Source: Octopus vulgaris
Lineage: Eukaryota
Assembly (NCBI GenBank): GCA_951406725.2
Contig: OX597815.1
Span: 133,858,001-133,922,000 of the forward strand
DNA: 64,000 nt
Direction of reading: 5' to 3'
Shown piece by piece: positions 13,617 to 27,197 of the stretch. The stretch's first letter is position 1. The number at the start of each line of letters is the position of its first letter. Both the position numbers and the translations under genes were made by a program. A model generated the notes under the pieces. That model saw nothing but the letters and a program-made list of their open reading frames with translations, was not told the origin of the DNA and searched no databases.

Positions 13617-13889
13617 CGCCTCGACTGGCCTCATGCTGGTGGCACGTAAAAAGCACCATCCAATCATGGCCGTTTGCCAGCCTCGTCTGGCACCTGTGCC
13701 GGTGGCACGTAAAAAGCACCCACTACACTCACGGAGTGGTTGGCGCTATGAAGGGCATCCAGCCATAGAAACATTGCCAGATCAGACTGGGCCTGGTGCA
13801 GCCTTCTGGCTTCCCAGACCCCAGTTGCACTGTCCAACCCATGCTAGCATGGAAAACGGATGCTAAACGATGATGATGATGATGATGAT
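13617..13889 (+). mobile_element. Retroposon family C, (GAT)n tail, two 5' monomers
   Basis: GGTGGCACGTAAAAAGCACC twice, then GAAGGGCATCCAGC, then CAACCCATGCTAGCATGGAAAACGG..AAAC(GAT)n. Confidence 0.85.
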
Positions 13890-14109
13890 TATTATTAATT
13901 ATTATTTTGTCTTCATTATCATCATTTTATCAACATTTCTGTTTTTGTTATTACCCTACTTCTATCTCATGTTAGAATGGATTAGACAATAGTGTCCTGT
14001 CACTTAGCTTCACTCTTCATCAGCTGATACACACAAATCTGCAGATGACACCCCACTAGTCTTTGTGTTCATCACGTGTTTTTGGCATTCTTTTCAAAGC
14101 TGAATGCCA

Positions 14110-14540
14110 TTTTTATTATCATTATTATTACTATCATCATCATCATTATTGCCGTCATCATTATTATCATCATCATCATTATTATTGGTATCATTATTAT
14201 CATTATCATTATTATCTTTATTATTATCATTATTATTATCATCATTATTATCATTATTATCATCATCATTATTATCATCATCATCATTATTATTGGTATC
14301 ACTATTATCATTAGTATCATTATCATTATTATCTTTATTATTATCATTATTATTATCATTATTATTATCATCATTATTATCATTATTATCATCATCATTA
14401 TTATCATCATCATCATCATTATTATTGGTATCATTATTATCATTAGTATCATTATCATTATTATCTTTATTATTATCATTATTATTATCATCATTATTAT
14501 CATTATTATCATCATCATTATTATTGTTATTATTTTTATT
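14110..14540. repeat. (CAT/TAT) trinucleotide tract with higher-order repeat
   Basis: Marker variants TTGGTATC and ATCTTTATT each recur three times at ~110-130-bp spacing. Confidence 0.92.
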
Positions 14541-14981
14541 ATTGTATAGTTTTGAAATTTGACATAGCAGACACGACATAAAAGAAACCCCCCTCCCCAT
14601 CCCTGAATATTATTATTCATCCATATCCTCAGCTGATATTACATATCCTGTGATTTTGTCGGGTTTGATGATGAAAGAGAAGAGAAGACACTACAAACTG
14701 TAGTAATAAATTCACCCCAAACTGTGTTCTTTAAAAAAAGAAGAAAAAAAACCTGCCAACAAAATCACGTAACCCCCCACCCTGTAAAACAACCCTCCCC
14801 TCCACTTAACACCTTCTTCTCATCAATTTTCCTCCCAGAATGTCTTTGTCACTTGTTCAGTTGATATCTGGAAGCAGTGGATTGAGTCAGCATCACCAAT
14901 GTTCTTGTATTCATTAAGTTTGCACCACCTGCTCAAATACTATTGAAGTGAATCACTTACCCCCACCTCCCTCCCTCTTTT

Positions 14982-15021
<40 letters not shown>

Positions 15022-15109
15022 CTTTCTCTTTTTCTCTGCACTTCTACCCACCCACCCCAACCTGCTCCCTCTCATTCATTTTTCTCACATCATTCCCTTC
15101 CAATTACTT

Positions 15110-15895
15110 CCTCCACCACTGATACCACTACCACCACCACCGTCATGGCCACTATTAGCTCTACTGCTACCACCACTGCTGTCTCTACTCTCTCCACCAC
15201 CACCACCACAGTGGTGTGTTCATTACGAACTCCCATAGCTATCACTACTGCCTTTATTAACACCACCAACTATGATGAATGCCACTGTTACCCATCGTCG
15301 CCAACACCACTAAAATCAGCACTGCAACTACCACTATGATTAACACCATCACCATCACTGCCACAACTACCATCGCCATCACTACCACATCAACATCACC
15401 ACCATAACCACCACCATCACCACTACCATTACTACCACCACCGTCACCATCACCACCACCATCAACATCCACCACCACTACCACCACCATCTTCCACCAC
15501 CATCACCACTAATACTAGCACCACAATCATCACCACCACCTCTAGGATCCCCACCATCACTGCCATGACCACTATCATCATCATCACCACCACCATCACT
15601 GTCATCACTACTACCATCATTGTCACCAACCAACATCACTAGTCATCACAACCACCAGTAACACCACCATCACCCACCATCAACACTGACCATCACTATC
15701 AGCAATATCAATATGAGCACTAATACTACCACCTTCACAATCAACACTACTACTACTACCAACACAGCCACCATCACCATCATTACCTCTACTACTATCT
15801 CTGTTGTCAACACCACTACAATCACCACCAACACCACCCTTACCATCACTATTATCAACACCCCTGTCATCATTTCCACCACCACCACCACACCA
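15110..15895. repeat. Degenerate (ACC/CAC/CAT)n low-complexity tract
   Basis: Directly visible; similar tracts at ~11750-12070, ~22940-23040 and ~29640-30140. Confidence 0.9.
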
Positions 15896-16061
15896 CAATG
15901 TTGCTCTCTGCTCTTCTTCAACCTCAAAGGTTCCATTTACTAACATCACAGATCTTAATTAAGATTTAATTCTTCATTAACATCTGGAAAATATTTTTTT
16001 ATATCTCTCTATATTGCATACTCTCTCTTCCTCTCCTCTGTATCGCTCTCTCTCTCTCTCT

Positions 16062-16099
<38 letters not shown>

Positions 16100-17140
16100 G
16101 CACATATACACACATATATATGTATACACACACACATATATGAAATACTGCATGGTAAATATGGAACAGATTTAAACGAAACAAAAACATTACATAAAAC
16201 AAACGCATGTCTAAGTACAAGTCTCTCTCTCTCTCTTCATCTCTCTTTCTCTCTAGTTCTAGCTCCACCCACCTGCTCTAAGAGAAACCCCATCCAATTA
16301 ATGCTGTAACATGTAGCATGTTTTATTGTGTCACCGACCCAGTTGGAAACCACTTAGTGCCTTTCCCCTCATGTTTCCTTTAGCTAAATTATACTCTTCT
16401 CCCTGCTGCTTCTTCAATAAAACTCCGGAATATTAATAATAAAGCTACAAATAGGTTATAATACGTACAAATTACTACTCAGCAGTTTCTGGACAGTTTT
16501 TTATAATTAGTTTTTTTTTTTAGTCACAATTTTAATTCAAAAATAATTTTGCTTTAGATTTGCTGTTTGTGTTGTTGTATAGCTATAAGTCAGCTTCGGT
16601 TAGAAAAAACCTGTAGCATACAGGTACTTGGTCAAACAACTGGGTACCATATCTGATAGATCTGTTATACCATGCCTCTTGTTAACCTAGTTGAGAACCA
16701 TACACTGCAACATGCAGTGATGAATCACAGAGTTGTGGTTGTTATTCAGCCCCAAGCCAGCAGTGATCACGCCGATCTATGATGAAAGGTTTCCAGCTGT
16801 GATCATCCTGAATTTTTTTTGGTTTTTTACTGTGATATATTTAGAACTACATTATCCTATCTCATTCATTTTCCTTTCCTTTAATATAGTCAGGTACGAT
16901 GTGAAGGAGACTTGGGTGATATTTCTAGCAGATTGGGTGCACATATGGAGACTTCCTCAGTCCAGTGGGATGTCAGACTGCTTTTGGAAAGGTTGATGGT
17001 TGATACTCCATCACTAGCATTACACAATGTCCTTGATTGAGATACATATCTTTTGCTAGCCCAGTCCACCGAACTGTAAAATAGGACCATGTGTATTCAT
17101 TTGTGTTACATATTTACCTATGAATAAAACAAAACAAAAT

Positions 17141-17550
17141 TAACCTTTTGATAGCAGTCTATCTGAGGCAACTTAGATTGGGAGTTAAAATCTCCTATCA
17201 AAATTTCATGTTAATTTAAATTCCAAACACCAGATTAATTACAACAGTTATTTTATTAGATTCATTATTTTCAAAATTAACTGAAACAAAGGCAATGTAT
17301 TTCAACAGAAATATGGTAACAAAAGAGTTTGACCCTTTAAAGTTCAGATTACTCTGTCAAATGTTCTGCGTATTTATTCATATTATTTTGAATTAATCAT
17401 GCTTTATCTTGTAGATTTGAAATTCTGATGGTTTGGTTGTTTAGTTTGAGAATGGCACTTTTTTGGTAGCATGATAGGTTGGATCTGATCAATTTGAACA
17501 TAAAACAAGTAGAATATTTTGGCCGGATATGGTCAGTTTAAATGCTAAAT
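17141..17550 (+). mobile_element. Two abutting piggyBac-type MITEs of different families
   Basis: TTAACCTTTTGATAGCA...TGGTAACAAAAGAG is followed directly by CCCTTTAAAGTTCAGATTACTCTG..., a homologue of 7785-8014. Confidence 0.65.
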
Positions 17551-17679
17551 AGTGCTGTTAGAGTACTTTTTTTTATTTGCTGAGTTTCAAGAAAGGAGTA
17601 GTACCCATGACTATTGCAAACCCTCTGTTGCTAATAAGCTTCATGTTGCTGTTCTATTTAAGCAGTTTTTGGTTAACAC

Positions 17680-17850
17680 CTGCAGGGAGGAGATTCCAGA
17701 GGGACGATGTTATGGGGAAGAAGGATTGGATTAATGTAGTACTTGGTTGGGATTGGACATAACAAGAGTAACAAGAAGCACAAAGACAGATGGATTAAGA
17801 ATGCCTGAATTGGGGGAGGGAGATTTAAGACCAGACAGTGCCAAGAAACA
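17680..17850 (+). mobile_element. Possible highly decayed RTE-clade LINE ORF2 remnant
   Basis: GRRFQRDDVMGKKDWINVVLGW, then KKHKDRW in another frame, loosely resemble the RTE post-RT motif RRLxWxGHVxR...VLxW...GRPxxRW. Confidence 0.3.
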
Positions 17851-18229
17851 GAGGCCATCATAGAAATCATAAAGAGAATGGATATAGTTATGCCAGTGGT
17901 TGGAGAGTGTCTGTGACTAAACTGATACCAATCAGTTGAGTGGCCCTTCTGAATTTGGTCCAGGATGTCTGTCTGCATAACAGCTGTACAATCCCTGACT
18001 GGTACCTTTTTTTTGCTGCCCTTTGGAAGGGTCAAAGCTAAAGATGATGTCAGTAGGATTTGAACTCCGAATGCAAAGAACTGGAACAAGCATTGCATTT
18101 GTTCATTGTTCTAATGATTCTATTGATTGATTACTTTTGATGACATCAACATCAATATAAATCAGATAAGGAGGAAAAAGCAGTTGTAGTTTGGTGTTGT
18201 TTAATGTTTTAATGATTGGAATCAGCAAA

Positions 18230-18640
18230 GGAAGTGTGCTTGTGGTAAAAGGTTTGCTGCCCAACCACATGGTTTCAGGCTCAATCCCACTACATGGCAC
18301 CTTGGGCAGGTGTCTTCCATTATAACCCCAGGCTGACTAAAGCCTTTTGAGTGGACTTGGTAGATAGAAACAAACACACACACACACACACATGTATGTG
18401 CATTACTATCTCCTTGCCTTTCATTAATCACTTTAAAACAAATGCTGTCCTTTGTTTCCAGTCTTCCATGTAAACATGCCTGGTCACTGGGGAAATGTTA
18501 CCTTTCTTAGAAATAGGTGAGGGTTGGCAATTGGAAGGGCATCTGGCCAAAGAAAATCTACCTCAATAAATTCTGTTTGTTCCATATGAGCATGGTAAAA
18601 TGAACATTAAAACTATAATAATGATTCTGATGATGATGCT
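18230..18640 (+). mobile_element. SINE family B with (GAT)n-ending tail
   Basis: tRNA-like head TGTGGTAA...CAATCCCACT, GGCACCTTGGGCAGGTG, internal CA tract, GGAAGGGCATC tail. Confidence 0.8.
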
Positions 18641-18818
18641 GGTGTATATAAGGTCCCAATGCTAGTATATAAGATGACCTTTGAAGGTATATAAGCACAT
18701 TTCCAATACAAGGGATGTGTTGTTCAACCTCAGGTCAGATCTCATCAAATAGACCCATAATCAAAGGCATTACTGCCATGACCATCTCATTTTTTATGGT
18801 ATTCCTATGACTATGCAA

Positions 18819-19073
18819 GTGGAGGCACAATGGCCCAGTGGTTAGGGCAGTGGACTCGCGGTCGGAGAATCACAGTTTTGATTCCCAGACCGAGCGTTAT
18901 GTGTGTTTATTGAGTGAAAACACCTAAAAAGCTCACTCTCTTTTCCTGTTTCTTGAGTAACACTGCGATGGACTGGCATCCTATCCAGCTGGGGGTAACA
19001 CATACGCCACAGAAACCGGGAAACTGGGCCCATGAGCCTGGCTAGGCTTGAAAAGGGTAACATTTATCGTTTT
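18819..19073 (+). mobile_element. tRNA-derived SINE family D
   Basis: A-box TGGCCCAGTGG, B-box-like GTTTTGATTCCC, 13-bp TSD TATGACTATGCAA (18806-18818 / 19074-19086). Confidence 0.9.
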
Positions 19074-19103
19074 TATGACTATGCAATGCTTTTTCTTCTA
19101 GAC

Positions 19104-19363
19104 CAGTGGTTCTCAATCAGGGTCCATAAGGCCCTTGGGGATATCCTATAAGATTTTGTTGTTAAAATTTATGTGCAATAAACTGGTTATTGCACATACA
19201 ATACACAAAATATTCAAACATTTTTTATGCAATTCCCTAATAATATTTAATCATAAAAATATAATAGGAGTTTTTAAACATTGAATGGCTATGACGGTCC
19301 CTCTCCCCAGAGTAAAATAGGAATCAAAGGGGTCCATAGTCAAAAAATGGTTGAGAACCAGTG
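19104..19363. mobile_element. hAT-Charlie type MITE
   Basis: TIR CAGTGGTTCTCAA ... TTGAGAACCAGTG with perfect 8-bp TSD TTCTAGAC (19096-19103 / 19364-19371). Confidence 0.92.
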
Positions 19364-19944
19364 TTCTAGACTGTAGAGTGCAACTTGAAGGAGACTTAGC
19401 AGCTATTTCTAGCAGACCTCTCTTCCTGCTAAAGCAATGGTCAGGGTTATCTTTCGTACTGGCTTTAAAGTCTGAACTGTTAAATTTGTTGATTGTAAAC
19501 ATCATCAACTGATAGTCTGGTTTTACAGTAGAGTACTGTGTGGCTGAATGACTCACAGTATGTTGAGTGTGACCTTATTGTATAGTTAAATATTCCGTGA
19601 CAGATAAGGAGACATAATTCACAAATTTTAGTACAGAAAAAAGAACCCGCTGTGATTGCTGTCTGCACTAAGAATTAAAGTAAACATAATCTGCAAAGAA
19701 GCTCAAAAGTATGTTTGTGTACATGTGTGTCTGTGTTTTCATGTGTGTGTTCCTGTGTGTATATGTTCATGTGTGTGTTCATAGGTTCTTAAGTGTGTAT
19801 GTATTTGTGTGTTCACGTATAAAATTTGTTGTTTAACTCCAGTTCAATACTGATCAAACTGGCTTATGATCAAATGCATTCCATCCATGACCATCCAGCC
19901 TTTTCAAAAGTATGCAGGACTAACATTAATGTAGTTCTGCATTC

Positions 19945-19985
<41 letters not shown>

Positions 19986-21766
19986 TATATATATTATATA
20001 TATACATCATCATCATCATTGTTTAGCATCCGTTTTCCATGCTAGCACGGAGCAACATTGTTATGTATCTTAAAATGTTGCCTTTTTCTCTCTTTTTTTT
20101 TAAGACTAATATATGTAATGTAGGACTATTATATTATATATTGCTGAGGTTAACTTTGCTTTTCATCCTTTTGGAGTCAATAAAACAAGTACCAGTTGAA
20201 CACTGGGGTTGATGTGATCAACTCATCCCCTCCCCCCAAATAGCTGCTCTTGTGGCAAAATTTGAAACCATTATGTTATATATTGCTTCCTTATTTAAGA
20301 TGGTAGGGTATGATTTGAGGGAAATTTGGCTGCTATTTCTAGCAGGTCAAGTGAATACTTAGACGCCTCCCTTTCCATTATTTTATGTAATGAATATATC
20401 ACAAAATAAACAATCTGAGAAAGCATTTTTTAAATCATCTCCTGCACACCTGACAATCAAAAAGACAAACAATAGTCATATACTTGATGATCATTGATAC
20501 CTCCCACTTGGCAGTCATTGGAGAGTATGAATCATAGTCAAAAAACCAGTCTTTGACATTTTGATAATGTTTCATGTTTTGTAAACAAAGGTAAAGCAGC
20601 TAATTAGACTAGTAACTGAAAAGTGATGACTTCAGATTTAACTGACATTTTATTATCTCCTTTGTGTCAAAACACTTTTTTCTACATTACCTCAGTTCAT
20701 CTGTCCGTCAGAAATAGGTACCTCATCACTGAGTAGTCTTACCTAAAATTGACTGGACTGGCACACTATCCTATCAAGTGGAAGATGGTGAGTACCCAAT
20801 CATGAAACATCGAACCGTTATAATCCTCATGTCTCTCTATCTCTCAGGGTTTATGAATCTTTTATCTTTTACTTGTTTTAATCATTAGATTGTGACCATG
20901 CTGGGACCCTACCTTGAAGAAATTTTAGTCGAATGTATCAACCCCAGTAGTTAATATTTTTAGGCCTGGTACTTATTTTATTGGTCACTTTTGCCAAATC
21001 ACTAAGTTACGAGCACTTAAACACACAAGCACTGGTTGTCAAATAGTAGTGGGGACAAACAAAAACACACACACACACATATACACACGCACACACATGC
21101 ACACACACATATATACAAAGGACTTCTTTCAATTTCCATCTACCAAATCCACTTGAAAGGAAGTCCAGTATTTATTCTATGAGTCTCTTTTGCTGAACAG
21201 GGATGTCAACAAACCAACACCAGTTCACCAGTAGTGGTGGTAGGACAAATACAGACACAAAGACATACACACACAGACACATATACAATTAACTCCCACT
21301 CAGTTTCTGTCTATCAAATAATTCAATCTTTAAGGCATTGGTTGCCCTGAGGCTATAGCAGAAGATAATTGCCCAAGGTGCCATGCCATGGGATTGAACC
21401 AGAAACCACATAGCTGTGAAGCAAACTTCTTAACCACACTGCCCCAATGAGGGTTCCAGTTGATCCGATCAACAGAACAGTTTACTCATGAAATTAACAT
21501 ACACGCTACTGAGCACTCTACGGATATGTGTACCCTTAATGTAGTGGCTGGCCCTTTGAAACAAAGGTACTATTCATTTTTGCCAGTGGAGTGGGCTGGA
21601 GCAATGTAAAATAAAGTATCTTGCCAGAAGACACAATGCACTACCAGGAATCACTCATGACCTTATGATTGTGAGCTGAATATCCCTAACCACTAAGCTA
21701 CATACCTTCACTTCACCTTGTGGCAAAAAGTAAAAACCACCCTACTTCAGTCACAAATGACCATAG

Positions 21767-22075
21767 TGGAAGCACATGGCCTAGTGGTTAGAGCAGTGGA
21801 CTAGCAGTCGAGGGATCATGGGTTCGAATCTCAGACCAGGCGATGTGTGTGTTTATGAGCGAAACACTTAAACTCCACGTGGCTCCAGCAGAAGGTAATG
21901 GCAAACTTCTGCTGACTCTTTCGCCACAACTTTCTCTCACTCTTTCCTCCTGCATCTTGCAGCTCACCTGTGATGGACTGGCGTCCCATCCAGGTGGGGA
22001 ACCTATACGCCAAAGAAACCGGGAAACCGGCCCTTATGAGCCAGACATGGCTCGAGAAGGAACAAACAAGAAAAA
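21767..22075 (+). mobile_element. tRNA-derived SINE family D nested in an antisense SINE
   Basis: A-box TGGCCTAGTGG, B-box GGTTCGAATC, A-rich tail, 14-bp TSD ACAAATGACCATAG (21753-21766 / 22076-22089). Confidence 0.92.
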
Positions 22076-22089
22076 ACAAATGACCATAG

Positions 22090-22390
22090 AATTGCAATTA
22101 GAAAGTTCCCCTCTATGGGAGAAGTCCAGGCAAAGCTGTTTATGGAAGACCAGCAGTTGCCCATGCATACCGGCCTCCCCTCTCCACACCACTGATTTTG
22201 TCCAAGGGAAAGGCAAAGGCCGATATAGCTTGACACCAGTGTCATCGCAATTCATTTCTGCAGCTAAGTGAACTGGAGCAACGTGAATCAAAGGGTCTTG
22301 CTCAAGAACACAACACACAGCCTGGTCCAGGAAGCAAGCTCACAACCCTATGGTTGTAAACCTAATGCTCTAACCACTGAGCCATAAACC
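22090..22390 (-). mobile_element. SINE family D variant hosting the 21767 insertion
   Basis: Colinear with 27198-27533; its 3' end continues at ~21727-21766. Confidence 0.82.
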
Positions 22391-23479
22391 TTAACCATTC
22401 CAACCTTGTGACAACCACCTTACTAAATGGTACTGAGTCAGGGTCTCTGTAATGGGACCCTGACCTTAAGCTGATTATTGACTTAGCATATTTTATGCCC
22501 TTCCCCCCACCCCACTGCCACCACTTTTCTACCACACACTGTAATGGTTGATTGATTTGCACTCTTTTTAAAGCATCCTTAATTGGATATAGGACGACCC
22601 AGCTTTCACAGAGATCAGCAAGTTAATCATAATGATTTCAATAAACGACCAACACCATTATTTTACGAGAGGTGGTGGTGGGGGTGGCATGCAGTAATGG
22701 TGGTGGTGGTGGTGAGGATGTGGCAATGATGGTTTTGGGAGGCGGGGGTGATTCGTGAGTGTTGAATTTGATTGTCTTACTCTAGAATATTGCACTAGGT
22801 CATCAGGAGTAATAAAGTTAATCGTAATGACGATGCAAAGATTGCAGTGCTTCATATCAGGATAAAAGCTTTAGGTAATTGTTGTGACCATGGTAGTTAA
22901 TGATGGTGTTAAGGCTGATACCTCCACAAACTATTGCTGCTGCTACTACTACTTCTACTACCACCACCACTACGAGCACAACCACCACCATCACCACTAT
23001 TACCATCACCACCACCTTCATTACTACTACTACTACTACTAGCTTCTTACACATTTTTGCTAATTTGGTTTCTTTTGATCTTGTAAACAAGATGCACTCC
23101 ACCCATGGCACCCATGACACGATGTGACGTGATGGTAAACTGGGTGTGGTAGAGGTGGTGGTGGTAATAACAGTAATGATGCTTATGCTAATGTGGATGA
23201 TGGTGGTGATGGTGGCTGAGATGCAAGACATGATGTAACATACAAGTTTACATCTCCCACCAACCCTTCCTGACAAATTCTTTTAAATTCATCAATTGAA
23301 GCTCTCTCTCTTTTTTTTTTTATTTTCTAGGGTGTTTTTATTTATGGTTTTTTTTTTTGGTTTCTTCTGTACACAACAACAACAACAGGCATTGCTCTAA
23401 ACTGATGGAGTTATTGAGACTAGTTTCACTTTTGTCTGCGACAAGACTAAATTGCATAATGAAGCAAAAGGGTTAAAAA

Positions 23480-24245
23480 TATTTCTTGTTTCCCTACCAC
23501 ATGGTTCTGGGTTCAGTTTCACTGCATGTCACCTTGGCTAAGTGTCTTTTAATATAGCTGTAGGCTAACCAAAACTTTGTGAGTGGATTTGGTAGATGGG
23601 AACTGAAAGAAGCCCATCACATTTATATATATATATGTGTGTATTTTTGTGTTTGTCCCTGCTACCATCATTTGACAACCAATGTTGGTGTGTTTGCGTC
23701 CCCCATAACTTAGTGTTTTGCAAAAAAAACTGATAGAATAAGTACTAGTCTTATGAAGAATAAGTCCCAGGGTCAATTTCTTTGACTAAAACCCGTTAAG
23801 GTGGTGCTCCAGCATGACCACAATAAAATGACTGAAACAAGTAGAAGAATAAAAGAATGGCTATGTAGTTAAGAAGCTCACTTTGTAACCTCATGGTTTT
23901 GGGTTCAATCTCAGTATGTGGCACCTTGAGCAAGTGCCTTCTACAATAATCTCAAGTCAAGCAATGCATTGTGAGTGAATGTGGTAGACAAATTGTATGG
24001 AAGCTTACTGTGTATGTATGTATATATATATGTGTGTGTGTGTGTGTCTTCACATTTGTCCCCACTACTGCTTGACAACTGGTGTTAGTTTGTTTACATT
24101 CCTATAATTTAGCAATTTAGCAAAAGAGACCAACAAAATAAATAGCGGTCTCAAAAATAAGTTGATTCATTCAACTAAACCCTTCAAGGTAGTGCCCCAG
24201 CATGGCCATAGTACAGTGGCAGAGACGAGTAAAAGATAAAAGAAA
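23480..24245 (+). mobile_element. Two tandem SINE family B copies with (GTAAAAGA)-type tail
   Basis: Each has head, microsatellite and CCAGCATG.CCA...GAAACAAGTA..AGA tail as in 44531-44974. Confidence 0.82.
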
Positions 24246-24617
24246 AATAATGGAATAAAAATAACTAAAAATAATAATAGTAGGTTGAGGACAAGGTTCA
24301 TGTGCTGCGTTAAAATAAGGAACTGAATGAACACATACCACAAAAATATATAAAAAAGCATTATTTTAAAACAAACTTTTTCCTTGGCCTAATAATTAAA
24401 AAAATGCCAATAATTAGTGGGGTTTTTTTTTTCTTACATCATCAAAAGGCTAGACATTCTGTAGGGGTTGGGACAGTCAGTTATATTGACACCTAATACT
24501 TGATTGATACTTATTTTATTGATTCTTGGAAAGATGCAAGGTAGAGATGACCTAAGTAGGAATTTAACCCAGACTTATAAACACTGCAAGTCAAACTACT
24601 ACTACTACTACTACTAC

Positions 24618-24910
24618 TCATCATCATCATCATCGTTTAATGTCCGTTCTCCATGCTAGCATGGGTTGGACGGTTCAACCGGGGATCTGGGAAGCCAGAA
24701 GGCTGCACCAGGCTCCAGTCTGATCTGGCAGTGTTTCTACAACTGGATGCTCTTCCTAACGCCAACCACTCCGTGAGAGTAGTGGGTGCTTTTTACGTGC
24801 CACCTGCACAGGTGCCAGGCGAGGCTGGCAACAGCCACAATCGGATCGATGCATTTTACGTGCCACTGGCACAGAAGCCAGTCGAGGCGGCACTGGCATC
24901 GGCCACGATT
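24618..24910 (-). mobile_element. Retroposon family C, two monomers
   Basis: (CAT)nCGTTTAATGTCCG...CATGCTAGCATGGGTTGG; TTTACGTGCCAC twice, 63 bp apart. Confidence 0.85.
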
Positions 24911-25049
24911 ACTATTAATAATAATACTTTCTTTTATTTGCCACCAAGGCAACAGATGGGAGGACAATGCAAAGACAAAGAGTGGGAAATTTACATAGAA
25001 TGGAATGATTGTGTATGTATATGTGTGTATATGCATATATGTATGTGTT

Positions 25050-25117
<68 letters not shown>

Positions 25118-25687
25118 CTGGTAATAGTGATAATGATAAATTTAAACGATACTGATAATGATGATAATGATCAATGAATGAATGAATAAATAAATGGATT
25201 TATAAACCAGCAGTTCCTCACGTTTTTACAAGTGGGTCCTTCAGCCAATTCTGTATGATGTCTTCATGGTTAATATTTGTTGCAACTGCAATGTTATGTT
25301 TGTTTTTTGTTTTGTTTTGTTTTGTTTTTGTCTTCACTACCCTAACTTCCCCCACCCTTTTATTATTTTTCTTGATTTATTATTTTTTTTTTCAAATGTT
25401 TGTTTCTTGAGGAAATTCATATTACTGTATTTTCTCTGAAAACTATATGCACATGTTCGTGTGTATGTGTAAGTATATATGTATGTGTATTTATACATAA
25501 CATATAGATAGATACACACACACACACACACACACATATTCAATTTAAATAGGTTTCTGTTTGTCTTATTAAATACATTGAAATTTGCTTGATTTGTTTA
25601 TTTGATATTTATTGTATTATTTTCCTTCATTTATTTATATATTTATTTAAATCTATGTAATTTTTTTCTTCTTGTCTCTTTCTAAAG

Positions 25688-25808
25688 CTGTGCTGTGTTC
25701 ATTTACTCTGTGAATAGAAACCATTAATGCTTGGATCAGATCATCCCTTGCTGCTTTTCATAGGAGGAATTCTGGAATGTCTTCAATAGTAGCACTACAT
25801 TTCTGTAG
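25688..25808 (+). other. Candidate non-coding or 5'UTR exon
   Basis: Polypyrimidine TTTTTTTCTTCTTGTCTCTTTCTAAAG acceptor and AG|GTTAGT donor around 121 nt of unique sequence; all three frames contain a stop. Confidence 0.3.
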
Positions 25809-27197
25809 GTTAGTCCCTTTTCAATCAATTCTCTGTGGAATGCTTTGTGTATTGCTAACTAGCATTTGCATGCATTGTAGTAGTAGTAGTAGTTAAGAAT
25901 CGTGGTTTGCTAGAATCATTAGAGCGTCAGACAAACTCCCTTATGGTATTTGTTCTGGCTGTTTAGATTCTGAGTTCAAATCCTGGCATGGTCACCTTTT
26001 CCTATCAATCTTCATGGTATTGGTAAAATACTGGAAGCAATAAAACTGACTTCCTCCTACTAAAAGTTCTAGTTGTGTGCCTATGTTAAGGGCAGTGGTT
26101 TTACAGAATAGTTTTCACATCAGACAAAATGCTTTGCAATACTTAAATGTGGCACCTTACTTTCTGAGTACCAATACCTCCAAGGTGGATTTTGCTTTTC
26201 ATCCTTTCAGAGTCATTAAAATGAAGTACCAGTAAAGTGCTGGAGTCAATATAATTGTCTGTTATTTTTACCTAAAATTTAAGGGTCAGACTCCATAAGA
26301 TAAAGTACCAGTCTTATATTGGGGTTGATGTAATCAACTAACCCCTCCCTTCAAATTTGCTGGCCTTGTGCCTATATTAGAAATAAAATTATGAAGAGCA
26401 GTGAATTTCAGAATTGTTAGTGTCAGACAAAATACTTTGAGACATTTCTTCCAGCTCTTTACATTCTGAGTTCAAATCCTGCCAAGGTCAACTTTGCCTT
26501 TCATCTCTCTGGGGTCAAAATAAAATAATGTACCAGTCAAGTTCAGGGATCGATGTAACCAACTAACATACTTCCAACAAAATTGCTGGCCTTGTACCTG
26601 AATTAGAAACATATATATCACACACACAGAGTTGCTTTTGTTACCATGTGGTTATGAGTTCTGTCTCACTGCACAGCAGCTTGGTCAAATGGCTTCTACT
26701 GTAGCTTCAGGGCAACAAATGTCCCGTGAGTGTAAGCAGTAGATAGAAACTGTATGGAAACCTGTTGTGTGTGTATCATCAATGTGTTAATGTCCACTTT
26801 TCCATGCTTGATTGGATCGAACAGAGTTTCAGCCAGATTTTCTATCACCAGATGCTATTTCTATTACCAATTCACATTTGTTTACATTGTTTTTGTAGTG
26901 TATTGGAAATTAATGAAATTCCTTTACAACAATTACTTGATGTCCAGTCAAGGAGACACTACACAAACATACACATGCTTACACTCACACATACATATAT
27001 ACATATACTAGAGGCTTCTTTCAGTTTCCATCTACTGTGTCCACTCACAAAGCTTTGCTTAACCTAGGACAATAGTAGAAGACACTTGCTTGTTCAAGGT
27101 GCATTGCAGTGTGACTGAACCTGAAACCATGTAGTTAGGAAGCAAACTTCTTCACCACATAGCTGCATGTGTGTGTGAGGCGGGTATTAGTGTAGAG

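Noticed and set aside
14063-14620. Poly-I, poly-N/D, poly-S/L and poly-H/Y ORFs
   Set aside because: Trinucleotide repeat artefacts; the same applies to poly-T/P/V ORFs at ~11.7, 15 and 23 kb.
21767-21842. tRNA gene
   Set aside because: A and B boxes belong to a TSD-flanked SINE head; the same holds for 18819 and 43981.
22781-22800. miR-92-like seed TATTGCAC
   Set aside because: The rest of the mature sequence and a pairing arm are missing; I recognised no conserved bilaterian miRNA anywhere in the window.
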